The translations under genes and the position numbers were made by a program. The notes under the pieces were generated by a model. It saw only the letters and a program-made list of their open reading frames with translations. It was not told the DNA's origin and searched no databases. This document shows, in pieces, positions 21,201 through 36,200 of a stretch of 64,000 nucleotides of DNA. This DNA is from the human T2T-CHM13v2.0 reference genome, Homo sapiens, in NCBI RefSeq assembly GCF_009914755.1, contig NC_060932.1; one strand, written 5' to 3'. Numbering within the stretch: position 1 is the first letter of the stretch; the number at the start of each line of letters is the position of its first letter.

Positions 21201-24200
21201 TTCTGATGTGTGGATTCATCTCACAGAAATTAAACTTTTTTTTTGATTCAGCAGGTTGGAAACACTCTTTTTGAAGAAACTGCAAATGGACATTTTGGAG
21301 CCCCTTGAGCTCTATAATAAAAAAGTGAATATCCCCAGATAAAAACTAGAAAGAAGCTATTTGTGAAACTGCTTCATGATGTGTTTATTCATCTCAGAGA
21401 TTTAAACTTTCTTTTGATTCAGCAGGTTGCAAACACTCTTTTTTGTGGAATCTGTGAAGGGACATTTTGGAGTCCATTGATGTCAAGAGTGAAAAACTGA
21501 ATATCCATGGATGAAAACAAGAGAGACGCTGTCTGTGAAGCCATTTTGCAATGTGTGGATTCATCTCACAGAGTGAAACCTTTCTTTTGATTCAGCACGT
21601 GGAATCACTCTTTTTGTAGAAACTTGAAGGAGTATTTGAGAGTCCATTGAGGCCTATGGTGAAAAACCGTATATCCCTCAATAAAAACGGGAAAGAAGTG
21701 ATCTGTGAAACTGCTTTGCAATGTGTGGATTCATCTCACAGGGTTAAACCTTTCTTTTGATTCAGCAAATTGGAAACACTCCTCTTTTAGAATTTGTGAA
21801 GGGACATTTGAGAGCCCATTGAGGCCTATAGTGAAAAACCAAATATTCCCCAATAAAAACTAGGAAGAAGCTACCTGTGAAACCACTTTGCAATGTGTGG
21901 ATTCATCTCACAGAGTAAAAACTTTCTTTTGATTCAACAAGTTTGAAACCCTCTTTTTGAAGAAGCTATTAAGGGATATTTGGAACCCTGGAGGCCTATA
22001 CTGAGGAACTGAATATCACCATATAGAAGCTAAAAAGAAGCTATCTGTGGAAACGCTTTCCTAAGTGTGGATTCATCTCACAGAGTTAAATTTCTCTTTT
22101 GGTTCAGCAGGTGGGAAACACTGTTTTTGTAGAAACTGCGAAGGGACATTTGGGAGCCCATTAAGCCTGTAGTGAAAAACTGAATAGCCCTTGATAAAAA
22201 CTAGAAAGAAGCTATCTGTGAAACTGCTTTTTGATGTGTGGATTCATCTCACAGAGTTAAACTTTTTTTTTGATTCAGCAGGTTGAAAAGACTCTTTTTA
22301 TAGAAACTGCAAAGGCACAATTGGGATCTCATTGAGGTCTACAGTGAAGAACAAAATATCTGCAGATAAAAACTAGAAAAAAACTGTCTGTATAACTGCT
22401 TTGTGATGTGTGGATTCATCTCACAGAATTCTTTCTTTTGATTCAGAAGGTTGGAAACAGGCTTTAGTAGAATCTATGAAGGGACATTTGGCAGCTCATT
22501 GAGGTGTATAGTGAAAAATTGAATATCCCAAAATGAAAACTCAAAAGAAGCTATTTTTGAAACGTCTTTTTGATGTAAGAATTCATCTCACAGAGTAAAA
22601 CCTTTGTTTTGATTTAGCAGGATGGGAACACTATTTTGTAGAATCTGTGAAGGGACATTTGGGAGACCATTGAGGCCTATACTGAAAAACTGAATATCCA
22701 CATGTAAAAACTACAAAGAAGCTATCTGTGAAGCCGCTTTGTGATGTGTGGATTTAACTCACAGAGTTAAACCTTGCTTTTGACTCAGCAGGTTGGAAAC
22801 TTTCTTTTTGTAGAAACTATGAAGGGACATTTCGGGCCCATTGAGGCCTATAGAGAAAAATCAAATATTTCCTGATACAAACTGGAAGCAATCTATCTAT
22901 GAAATTGCTTTGTCATGTGTGGATTTGTCTCACAGCATTAAACCTTTTATTTTGATTCAGCAGGTTGGAAGCACTCTTTTTGTACAATCTGCAAAGGGAA
23001 TTTTGGAGCTCACTGAGGGTTTTAGTGAAAAACAGCATATCAGTGAATAAAAACCAGAAAGAATCTATCTCTGAAACTGTTTTGCAAAGTGTGGATTCAT
23101 CTCACATAGTTAAATCATTCTTTTGATACAGCAGGTTGGAAACACTCTTTTTGGAGAATCTGCGAAGGAATATTTGGGAGCCCCTTTAGGTCTATAATAA
23201 AATACCTAATATCCCCCAATAAAAACTGGAAAAAAGCCATCTGTGAATCTGCTCTGTGACTTGTGCAATCATCTCTGAGAGTTAAACCTTTCCTTTGATT
23301 CAGCATGTTGAAAACACTATTTTGTAAATCCTGTGAAGGGGCATTTGGGAGCAAATTGAGTCCTATAGTGAAAAAAGACATATCCTTGGATAAAAACTAG
23401 AAGAACCTATCTGAGAAACCGCCTTGTGATGTGTGGATTCATTGCACAGGGTTAAACCTTTCTTTTGATTCAGAAGGAAGAAACTGTGAAGGGGCATTTT
23501 GGAGAACATTCAGACTTATACTGAAAAACTAATTATTCACAGATAAAAACCAGAAACAAGCTGTCTGTGAAACTACTTTCTGATGTATGGATGCTTCTCA
23601 GAGACTTAAACCTTTCTTTTAATTCAGCAAGATGGAAACATTCTTTTTATAGAATCTGATAAGAGACATTTGGGAGCCCATTGAGGCCTAGAATGAATAA
23701 CTGAATATCTGCAGAAAAAAATAGAAGGAAGCTAACAGTGAAACCACTTTGTGATGTGTGGATTCATCTCATGGAGTTAAAACTTTCTTTTGATTCAGCA
23801 GGTTGGAAACACTCCTTTTGTAGAAACTGCAAAGGGACTTTTGGGAGCCCACTGAGGCCTATAGTGACAAACTGATTATCCCCCAGTAAATACTGGAAAG
23901 AAGCTATCTGTGAAACTACTTTGTGATGTGTTGATTTATTTCAGAGAGGTAAACCTTTCTTTTGAATCCTCAGGTTGGAAATGCCCTTTTTTGTAGAATC
24001 TGGGAATGGACATTTTTTACCCATTAAGCCTGTAATGAAAAATCAAATATCCACAGATAAAAGCTAGGATAAATCTATCAGTGAAATTGCTTTGCAATGT
24101 GTGGATTCTTCCCACAGAGTTAAAACTTTCTTTTGATTCAATAAGGTAGGAAACACTCTTTTTGTTGAAGCTGCTAAGGAACAAATAGAAGCCCATTGAG

Positions 24201-27200
24201 GGCTTTACAGGAAAACAGAATATTACCATATAAAAACTAGAAAGAAGTTATCTGTGAAACCACTTTGTGACATGTGGATTAATCTCACAGAGTTAAACCT
24301 TTCTATTGATTCAGCAGGATGAAAATACTCTTTTTGTAGAATTTGCAAAGGGAAATCTGGGAGCCCATTGAGGCCTATAGTGAAAAAGAAAATATCCACA
24401 AAAAAAAAACTAGAAAGAAGCTATCTGTAAAACCACTTTGCAATATGTGGACTCATCTCCCAGAGTTAAGTCTTTCTTTTGACTCAGCAGTTCAGAAACA
24501 CTTTTTTTGTAGAAACCATGAAAGGACATTTGGAAGCCCATTGAGGCATAGAGAGAAAAACTGAATATCTGTGAATGAAAACTAGAAAGAAGCTACCTGT
24601 GAAACCACTTTGTGATACGTGGACTCATCTCCGAGAATTAAGTCTTTATTTTGATTCAGCAGTTCAGAAACTTTTTTTTTTTTGTAGAAACCATGAAGGA
24701 ACATTTGGGAGCCCATTGAAGCATAGAGAGAAAAATCAAATATCTGCACATAAAATCTAAAAAGAAGCCATCTGTGAAACCATATTATGATGTGTGGATA
24801 TTTCTACAGAGTTAAACCTTTCTTTTGATTCAGCAAGTTGGGAACACTTTCCTATAGAATTTGTGAAGGGACATTTGTGAGCCCCTTGAGGCCTAAAGTG
24901 AAAAACTGAATATCCGCAGATAAAAACTAGAAAGAAGACACCTGTAAAATTGCTTTGTGATGTGTGGGTTTATCTCTCAGAGTTCAACCTTTCTTTTGAT
25001 TCAGGAGGTTGGAAACACTCTTTTTGTAGAATCTGTGGAGGGATATTTGGGAGCTTTTTGATGCTTATGGTTGAAAAACCCAATATCAACAGACAAAGTC
25101 TCGAATGAAGCTATATGTGAAACTGCTTTGTGATGCCTATATTCATCTAACAGAGTTAAGCCTTGTTTCAGCAGATTCAGAACATTCTTTTTGTAGAATC
25201 AGTGAAGAGACATTTGGGAGCATATTGAGGTCTATTGTGAAAAACTGAATATCCCCAGATAAACACTGGAAAGAACTATCTGTGAAACTCCTTTGTGATC
25301 CATCTCACAGAGTTAAACCTTTCTTTTAATTCATCAGGTTGGAAACACTTCTCTTTTGTAGAATATGTGAGGGGACATTTGGAAGCCCACTGAGGCCTAC
25401 GGTGAAAAACTGAATATTTCCAGGGAAAAACTAGACAGAATCTACGTGTGAAACTGCTTTGTGATGTGTGGATTCATCTTACAGAGTTAATTTTTACTTG
25501 TGATTCAGAAGGTTGGAAACACTCTTCTTGTAGAATCTGCAAAGGGACATTTCAGAGCCTATTGGGGCCAATGGTGAAAAATCAAATATTCCAGATAAAA
25601 ATGAGAAGGTAGCTATCTGTGAAACTGTTTTGGGTTGTGTGGATTGATGTCATAGAGTTAAACCTTTCTTTTTATTCAGCAAATGGGAAAGACTCTTTTT
25701 GTAGAATTTGCAAAGGGACATTTGGGAGCCCATTGAGGCCTACATTGAAAAATGGATATCACTAGATAAAAACTGGAAAGAAGCTATCAAAGAGTCTGCT
25801 TTGTGATGTGTGGATTCATGTCACAGAGTTAAATGTTTCTTTAGATTCTGCGGGTTGGAATCATTCTTTTTGTAGAATTTGCGAAGGGTCATTTGGTAGT
25901 CCATTGGGGCCTATGGTGAAAAACTGAGTATCTCCAGATAAAAACTGGAAAAAAGCCATCTGTGAAACTGCTTTGTGATGTGTCAATTCATCTCACAGAG
26001 TAAAATTTTCTTGTAATTCGTCATGTTGGTAACGCTGTTTTTGTAGAATCTGTGATGGGACGTTTGGGAGACAATTTAAACCTACAGTGAAAAACAGAAT
26101 ATCCCCAGATTAAAAATAAAAAGAAGCTATCTGTGAAACTGCTTTGTGATGTGTGCATTCAGCAGGTTGGAAACTCTCCTTTTGCAGAATCTGCAAAGGG
26201 ACATTTGGGAGCCCATTGAGGCCTTTGGTGAAAAACTGAATATCCATACATAAAAACTAGGAAGAAGTTTTGCGTGAAACTGCTTTGTGTTGTTTGGATT
26301 CATCTCGCAGAATTAAACGTGTCTTTTGATTCAGCAGGTTGGAAACCCTATTTTGTAGAATCTGCAAAGGGACATTAGATGGGAGCCCATTGAAGCCTAG
26401 GGTGAAAAACTGAATCTCCCCAGATAAAAACTAGAAAGAAGCTATCTGTGAAAGTGCTTTGTGATGTGTGGATTCATCTCACAGAGGTAAACCTTTCTTT
26501 TGGTTCAGCCAGTTGGAGACTCTTGTTTTGTGGAAGCTGCAAAGAAACATTTTGGAGCCCATTGAGGACTATGGTGAAAAAAACGAATATCCACAGATAA
26601 AAAGTAGAAAGAAGCTATCTGTGAAACTTGTTTATAATGTGTGGATTCCTCTCACAGAATTAACTTTTTTTTTTTATTCAATAGGTTGGAGACACTCATT
26701 TGGTAGAATCTGTGAAGGGACAATAGGGAGCCCATTGAGGCCTACAGTGAAAAACCAAATATCACTAGATGAAAATGAGAAAGAAGCTATCTGTGAAACA
26801 GCTTTGTGATGTTTGGATTCATATCACAGAGTTAAACGTTTCTTTTGATTTAGCATGATAGGAAACATTCTTTTTGCAGAATCTGTGAAGTGATATTTGG
26901 AAACATGTTCAGGCCTATGGTGAAATACCAAATATTCCCTGATAAAAACTAGAAAGAAGTTATCTGTTAAACTGCTTTGTGATGTGTGGATTCACCAAAC
27001 AACAAAAAAACTTTCTTTTGAGTCAGCAGGTTGAAAACACTCTTTCTGTAGAATCTGTGAAGGGACGTTTGGGACCCCATTGAGGCCTATAATGAAAACA
27101 AAAATATCCCCAAATAAAAACTAGAAAGAGGCTACCTGAAAAACTGCTTTGGTTTAAATGGATTCATCTCACAAAATTAAATCTTTCTTTAGATTTAGCA

Positions 27201-30200
27201 GTTGGAAACACTCTTTTTGTAGACTCAGCAAAAAGACATTTGGGGGCCCTTTGAGGGCTATACTTAAAAAACCAAATATCAAAAGATAAAAACTAGAATG
27301 AAGCCATCTGTGAAGTTGTTTGTGATGTGTGGATTCATCTCACAGAGTTAAACCTTTCTTTTATTTCAGGAGATTGGAAATGGTCTTTTTGTAGAATCTG
27401 CAAAGAGACATGTGGGAGCCTATTGGGGCCTATCATGAAAAATGGAATATCTTTAGATAAAAACTAGAAACAAGCTATCTGTGAAACTGCTTTGTGAAGT
27501 GTGTATTTATCTCACAGAGTTAAATTTTTTTTTATTCAGCACGTTGCAAACCCTCTTTTTGCAGAATCTGTGCAGGTACATTTGTAAGCCCATTGAGGCC
27601 TATGGTGAAAAACAAAATATTTCCTGAAAAAAAAAAAAAACTAGGAAAAGGCTATCTGTGAAACTGCCTTGTGATGTGTGGATTCACCACACAGAGATAA
27701 ACCTTTCCTGAAACATTCTATTTGTAGTATCTGCTAAGGGACATTTGGGAGACTACAGTAAAAAGCTGAATATCCCCAGAGAAAAACTAGGAAGAAGCTG
27801 TCTGTGAAACTACTTTGTGATGTGTGGATTCATCATACAAGTTAAAACTTTCTTTGATTCATCATGTTGGTAACACTCATCTTGTAGAATCAGTGAAGGG
27901 ACATTTGGGAGCTCGTTAAGGGCTAAGGTGAAAAACAGAATATCCCCAGATAAAAACAAGAAAGAAGCTATTTGTGAAACAGCTTTGTGTTGTGTAGATT
28001 CAAGTCACAGAATTAAATCTTTCTTTTGATTCAAAAGGTTGGAAACACTCTTTTTCCAGAATCTGCAAAGGGGTATTTGGGATCCCATTGATGCCTATGG
28101 TGAAAAACCGAGTACCTTTAGATAAAAACTCGAACAAAACCTATCTGTAAAACTGCTTTATGATGTGTGGATTCAGCTCACTGAGTTAAACCATTTTTTT
28201 GATTCAGCAAATTGGAACCTATCTTTCTGTAGAACCTACAAAGGGACATTTTTGAGCCTATTGAGGCCTAAGGTGAAAAACTGAATATCCCCAGATTAAA
28301 ACTAGAAATAAGCTATCTGTGAAACTGCTTTGTGATGTGTGGATTCACCTTACAGAGTTAAACCTTTCTTTTGATTCATCAGGTTGGTAACACTCTCCTT
28401 GTAGAATTTGCAAAGGGACATTTTGGAGCTCATTTAGGCCTAAGGTGAAAAATCGAATATTTCCAAATAAAAACTAGAAAAAAGCTATCTGTGAAACTGC
28501 TTTGTGCTGTGTGCATTCATCTGACAGAGTTAAAGCTTTCTTTTGATTCGGCAGGTTGGAAAAAGTCTTTTTGTAGATTCTGTGAAGGGACTTTGGGGTC
28601 CCATTGAAGCCTACATTGAGAAACAGATAATCCCCAGATACAAAGTAAAAAGAAGCTATCTGTGAAATTTCTTTGTGATGTATGGATTTATCTCACAGAG
28701 TTAAAACAATCTTTTGATTCAGCAGGTTGGAAACACTTTTTTTGTAGAGCCTGCAAAAAAACATTTGAGAGCCCATTGAGGCCTTTGGTGAAAAACTGAA
28801 TATCCCCAGATAAAAACTAGAAAAAAGTTATTTGTGAAACTGCTTTTTGATGTGTGGATTCATCTCACAGATTTAAACCATTTTTTATTTAGTAAGTTGA
28901 AAACACTCTTTTTGTAGAATCTGTGAAAAGACATTTGAGAGTCCATTGAGGCCTACAGTGAAAAACCGAATATCCTTAGAGAAAAACTAGAAAGAACCTA
29001 TTTTGAAACTGCTTTATGTTGTGTGGATTCATCTCCCAGAGTTAAATTTTTCTTTTCATTCAGCAGGTTGGACATACTCTTTTTGTATAATCTATGAAGA
29101 GACATTTGGGAGCTCATTGAGGCCTATGGTGAAGAACTGAATTTCCCCAATTAAAAACTAGAAAGATTCTATTTGTGAAAATGCTTTGTGATGTGTTGAT
29201 TCATCTCACAGAGTTAAATCTTTCTTTTTACTCAGCAGGTTGTAAACACTCTTTTTGCAGTATCTGTGAAGGGACACTTGAAAGCCCATTGAGGCCTCTG
29301 GTGCAAAACCAATTTCTTTGGATAAAAACTAGATAGAATTTATCAGTGAATGTGCTTTGTTATGTGTGGATTCCTCTCACAGAGTTAAACCTTTTTTTTT
29401 TTTTTAGTTCAGAACATTGAAAACATTCTTTTTGTAGAACTTGTGAAGGGACATTTGGGAGCCCATTTTGGCCTATGGGGAAAAATGGAATATCCCCAGA
29501 TAAAAACTAGAAAGAAGTTATTTGTGAAACTGCTTTGTGATGTGTGGATTTATATCACAGAGTTAAACCTTTTTTTTCATTCAGCAGGTTGAAAACACTT
29601 TTTTTTTTTTTTTAGAATCTGCAAAAGGATATTTGGGAGCCCTATGTGGTTTATGGTTAAAAAAACTAATATAAACAGATGAAAACTAGAATGGAACTAC
29701 CTATGAAACTGCTTTGTGATATGTGGATTCATCTCACAAAGTTAAAACTTTTTTTTCAGAAGGTTGGAAACACTGTTTTTGTAGCATCTGTGAGGGACAT
29801 TTGGGAGCCCATTGAGGGCTATTGTGAAAAACCTAATTTCCCTAGATAAAGACTAGAAACAAGCTATGTGTGAAACTGGTGTGTGATGTGTGGATTCATC
29901 TCACACAGTTAAAACTTTCTTTTGAATCAGCACTTTGGAAACACTCTGCAAGTAGAATTTGTGAAGAGACATTTGGGAGCCCATTGAGGCCTATGGTGAA
30001 AAACTGAATATTTCCAGATAAAAACTAGAAAGACACTACTTGTGAAACTGCTCTGTGAGGTGTGAGATTCATCTCACAAAGTTGAAACTTTTTTTGGATT
30101 AAACACATGGGAAACACTCTTTTTGTAGAATCTGTGAAGGAACATTTGGGAGCCAATTGGGGCCTGCGGTGAAAAGCCGAATATTCCCAGAAAAAAACTG

Positions 30201-33200
30201 GAAAGACGCTATCTGTGAAACTGCTTTGTGATGTGTGGATTCATCTCACACAGTTAAACTTTTCTTTTGATTCAGCCTGTTGGGAAAACTCTTTTTGTAC
30301 AAGTGGCAATGGGACATTTGGGAATGTTTTGAGGCCTGTGGTAAAAAACTGAATATCCCCAGGTAAAAACTAGAAAGAAACTCTCTGTGAACTTGCTTTC
30401 TGATGTGTGGATTCATTACAGAGTTAAACATTTCTTTTGATTCAGAAGGTTGGAAACACTGTTTTTGTATACTCTGCGATGGGACATTTTGGAGCTCATT
30501 AAGGCCTATGATGAAAAACCAAATATCTCAAGATAAAAACTAGAAAAAAGTTATCTGTGAAACTGCTTTGTAATGTGTGGATTCATCTAACAGAGTTAAA
30601 CCTTTCTTTTCATTCAGCAGCTTGAACGCACTCTTTTTGTAGAATCTGCAAAGGGACATTTGGGAGCCCATTGAGGCTTATGGTGAAAAACTGAATATCC
30701 CCAGGTAATAACTAGAAAAAACTTATCTGTGAAACTGCTTTGTGTGGTGTGGATTCATCTCCCATAGATAAATCTTTCTTTTGATTCAGCACATTGGAAA
30801 CACTTTTTTTGTACACTCTCTGATGGGACATTTGGGAGCTCATTGAGGCCTATGGTGAAAAACTGAATCTCCCCAGGTAAAAACGAGAAAGAAGCTATTT
30901 GTGAAACTGCTTTGTGAAGTGCGGATTGATCTCACGGAGATCAACTTTTCCTTTCATTCAGCATGTTGGAAACACTTTTTTTGTAGAATCTGTGAAGGGA
31001 CATTGGGACCTCTTTGAGGCCAATGGTGAAAAACTGAATATCTCCAATTAAAACCTAGACAGAATCTTTCTGTGAAACTGTGTTGTGATGTGTCAATTCA
31101 TGCCACAGAGTTAAACCTTTCTTTTTATTCAGCAGGTTGTAAACACTCTTTTTGTAGAATCTGCAAAGGGACATTTAGGAGCCCATTGATGCCTATGTTG
31201 AAAAATTGAATATCCCCATGTAAAAACTAGAAATAAGCTATCAGTGAAACTGGTTTGTGATTTGTGGATTTATCTCACAGATTTAAACGTTTGTTTTTAT
31301 TCCACAGGTTGGAAACACTCTTTTTGTAGAATTTGCGATGAAACACTTGAGAGCCTTTTGAGGCCTATGGTGAAAAACAGAAGAGCCCAAGATAAAAAAC
31401 TAGAAGAAATGTATATGTGAAACTGCTCTGTGATACGTGGATTCACCACACGGAGTGAAACCTTTCTTTTGATGCAGTAGGTTTAACACACTCTGTTTGT
31501 ACAATGTGCATAGGGACATTTAGAAGCCCATTGAAGCCTATGCTGAAAAACCAAATATTCCCAGATAAAAACTAGAAAGAAGTTATCTGTGAAACTGATT
31601 TGTGATGTGTAAATACAATGCAAAGAATTAAACCTTTCTTTTAATTCAGCATGTTGGAAACGCTCTTTTTGTAGTATCTGTGATGGGATATTTGAGAGCC
31701 CATTGGGGCCTATATTGAAAAATCGTATATAAACCTTTCTTTTGATTCAGCAGGTTGGAAACACTCTTTTTGTAGGATCTGTGAGGGGACATTTGGGAAC
31801 CCTTGGAGGTATATGGTGAAAAAATGAATGTCCCCAGATAGAAACGAAAATGAAACTAACTGTGAAAATGCCTGTGACCTGTGGATTCATCTCACAGAGT
31901 TGAAACTTTCTTTTGATTCAACAGGTTGAAAACACTGTATTTGTAGAATCTGCAAAGGGACATTTGGGAGCCCATTGATGCCTATGGTGAAAAACTGATA
32001 CTCCCAGATAAAAACTGGGAAGAATGTATCTGTGAAACTGCTTTGTGATGTGTGGATTCACCTTACAAAGTTAAAACTTTCTTTTGATTCATAAGGTTGG
32101 TAACACTCTCCTTGTAGACTCTGTGAATGGACATTTGAGAGCTTATTGAGAACTAAGGTGAAAAACTGAAAATCCCCAGATAAAAACTAGAAAGAAGCTA
32201 CCTGTGAAAGTGCTTTGTGATGGGTGGAATCATCTCGCAGAGTTAAACCTCTCTTTTGATACAGCAGAGTTGGAAACACTCCTTCTGTAGGATCTGCAAA
32301 AGGAAATTTCAGATCCCACTGAGAACTATGGTGAAAAAATGAACATCTCCACTAAAAAACCGGAAAGAAGCTATGTGTGAAATGGCTTTGTGATGTGCCA
32401 ATTTATCTCACAGAGTTAAACCTTTCTTTAAATGCAGCAGGTTGGAAACACTTTTTTTGTAGAATCTGTGAAGGGACATTTGTGAGTCCATTGGGGCCTA
32501 TGGAGAAAAACTGAATATCCCCAGATGAAAACTAGAAAGAAGCTATCTGTGAAACTGCTTTGTGATGTGTGAAATCACTTCACAGAATTAAACCTTTCTT
32601 TTCATTCAACAGATTGGAAACACTCTTTTTGTAGAATCTGCAAAGGGATATTTGAGAGCCTATAGTGGCCTAAAATAAAAAATTGATTATCTAAAGTTAA
32701 AAACTAGAAAGAAACTATCTGTGAAACTGCTTTGTGATGTGTGAATTCATCTTACAGATTTAAAACTTTGTTATGATTCAGAAGGTTGGAAACACTCTTA
32801 TTGTAGAATCTGCTAAGGGGCATTTGGAAGACCACTGAAGCCTAGGATGTAAAACAGAATATCCCCAGATAAAAACTAGAAAGAAGATATGTGTGAAACT
32901 GCTTTGTGATGTGTGGATTCACCTCACAGAGTTAAAAGTTTCTTTTAATTCAGCAGGTTGGAAACACTATTTTTGTAGAATCTGCGAAGGGACATTTGCG
33001 AGTCCATTGAGGCCTATGGTGAAAAACCAAATATCCCCAGATAAATACTAGAAAGAAGCTATCTGTGATGGGTGGATTCATCTCACAGTGTTAAACCTTT
33101 CTTTTGATTCAGCAGGTTGGAAACGCTCTTTTTGTAGAATCTGCCAAGGAACGTCTGGGGGCCCATTGAAGCCTATGATGAAAAACCACATATCTCTAGG

Positions 33201-36200
33201 TAAAAACTAGAAAGAAACTATCTGGGAAACTGCTTTGTGATGTGTGGATTCATCTCACAGCGTTAAATCTGTCTTTTGGTTCAGCAGGATGAATACATTC
33301 TTTTGTAGCCTCTTCAAAAACACATTTTGGAGCACATTGAGGCCCTTGGTGAAAACTGAACATCACTTGGTAAAAACTAGAAAGAAGATATCTGGGAAAC
33401 TGCTTTGTGATGTGTGGATTCATCTAAGAGATTTAAACCTTTCTTTTTATCCAGCAGTGTTTTATCAACACTCTTTTTGTTGAATCTGCAAAGAGACATA
33501 TGGGAACCCATTGAGGCATAGGATAAGAAACAGAATATCCCCAGATAAAAATGGAAAGAAGCTATATGTGAAGCTGCTCTGTGATGTGTGAACTCATCTT
33601 ACATAGTTAAAACTTTCTGTTGACTCATCTAGCTGGAAACTCTCTTTTTGTAGAATCTGCAAAGAAACATTTGGGAGCCCATTGAGGTGTAAGATAAGAA
33701 ACAGAATATTCCCACATAAAAACTAGAAAGAAGCTATATGTGAAGCTTCTCTATGATGCGTTAATTCATCTTACAGAGTTAAAACTTTCTTTTGATTCAT
33801 CTAGCTGGAAACTCTCTTTGTGTAGGTTCTGCAAAGACACGCTTGGGAGCCCATTAAGTCTTATGTTGAAAAACAGAATATCCCCAAATAAAAACTAGAA
33901 AAAAGTTTGATGTGAAACTGCTTTGTGATGTGTTGATTCATCTCACAGAGATAAATCTTTCTTTTGATTCAACAGGTTGCAAACACTCTTTTTGTAATAT
34001 CTGTGAAGACACATTTGGGAGCCCATTGAGCCCTATAGTGAAAAACTGAGCATCCCTAGATAAAAACTATAAAGAAGCTGTCTGTTCAACCAGTTTGTGA
34101 TATATGGATTCATCTCACAGATTTAAACATTTGTTTTGATTCAGCAAGTTGAAATCCCTCTTTTTGTAGAATCTGCAAAGGGGAAACTGGAGGCCATTGA
34201 GGATTCTGCTGAAAAACAGAATACCCCAGTTTAAAAATAGAAATTATCAACCTGTGAAACGTCTTTGTGATGTGTGGATTCATTTCATAAATTAAACCTT
34301 TCTTTTGATTCAGAAGGTTGGAAACACTCTTTCTGTAGAAACTGCAAATTGACATTTGGGAGCCCATTGGGGCCTGTAGTGAAAAACTGAATATCCCCAG
34401 ATAACAGCTAGAAAGAAGCTATCTATTGCTTTGTGATTTGTGGATTCATCTCACAGAGTTAAACCAGTCTTTATATTCAGTAAGTAGGAACACTGTTTTT
34501 GTAGAATCTGTGAAGGGACATTGGGGATCCCATTGAGGTCTATAATAAAAAACCCAATATCCCCAGATAAAAACTAGAAAGAAATTATCTGTGAAACTGC
34601 TTGGTGATGTGTGGATTCATCTCACAGTGATGCACCTTTATTTTGATTCAACAGGTTGGAAACACTCTTTTTGTAGTAACTGTGAAGGGACATTTGGGAG
34701 CTTATTTTCTTATGCTGAAAAACTGAATATTCTCAGATAAAAACTGCAGAGAAGCAATCTGTGAAACTGGTTTGTGATGTGTGGATTCATCTCATATAGT
34801 CAAATCTTACTTTTGATCACCAGGCTGGAAACACATTTTTTTTTGTAGAATCTATGAAGGGACATTTGAGATCTTATTGAGGCCTTTGGGGAAAAACTGA
34901 ATAATCCCAGACAAAATCTAGAAAGAAGCTCTCTGTGAAACTGCTTCATGATGTGTGGAGTCATCTCACAGAGTTAAACCTTTCTTTTGATTCAATAAGT
35001 TGGAAACACTCTTTTTGTGGAATTTGTGAAGAGACATTTGGGAGCCCATTGAACCCTACTGGGAAAAACCAAATATCCCCAGATAAAAACTAGAAAGACA
35101 CTATCTGTGAAACTGCTTTTTATGTTTGGATTCATCTCACACAGTTAATAATTTTTTTTTTGATTCAGCATTTTGGAAACACTTGTTTGCAGAACCTGCA
35201 AAGGGACATTTGGGAGCACATTGAGGCCTGTGGTGAAAAACTGAATATCTTTAGATAAAAAAGAAGCTAGTTTTGAAACTGCTTTGTTAGGTGTGGATTA
35301 ATCTCACAAAGTTAAATCTTTCTTTTGATTTAACAAGTTGGAAAAACTCTTTTTGTAGAATCAGTGAAGGGACATTTGAGAGCCATTTGAGGCCTATGGT
35401 GAAAAACCGAATATCCCCAGAGAAAAACTAGAAAGAAGATATCTGTGAAACTGCTTTGTGGTATTCTCACAGTGTTTTCCCTTTCTTTTGATTCAGCAGG
35501 TTGGAAACGTTCTTTTTGTAGAATCTGCAAAGGGACATTGGGAAGCCCATTGAGGTCTACAGTGAAAAATTGAGTATCTTCAGATAAAAACTAGAAAGAA
35601 GCTACTTGTGAAACTTATTTGTGATGTGTGGATTCTTCTCCCAGTGTTAAACTTTTCTTTTGATTCAAGAGGTTGAAGACACTTTTTACAGAATCTGCAA
35701 ATGGACATTTAAGAACCCATTGAGGCCAATGTTGAAAAACATAATATCCCCAGATAACAACTGGAAAAAAGCTATTCGTGAAACTCCTTTGTGATCGGTG
35801 GATTCATCTCACAGAGTTAAACCTTTCTTTTGATTCAGCAGGTTGGAAACACTCTTTTGCAGAATTGGCAAAAAGACAATTGGGAGCGCATTGAGGCCTA
35901 TGGCAAAAAACCAAATATCCTCAGATTAAAACTACAAAGACCTTATCTGTGAAACTCCTTTGTGATACGTGGATTCTTCTCCCAGAGTTCAACCTTTCTG
36001 TGGATTCAGCAGGTTGGAAACACTCTTTTTGTAGAATCTGCAAAGGGATATTTGGAGCTTATTGAGGCCTATGGTGAAAAACTGAATAACCCCAAATAAA
36101 ATCTAGAAAGTAGCTCTCTGTGAAACTGCTTTGTGCTGAGTGGATTCGTCTTACAGAATTAAACCTTTCTTTTGATTCAGCAAGTTGGAAACACTCTTTT

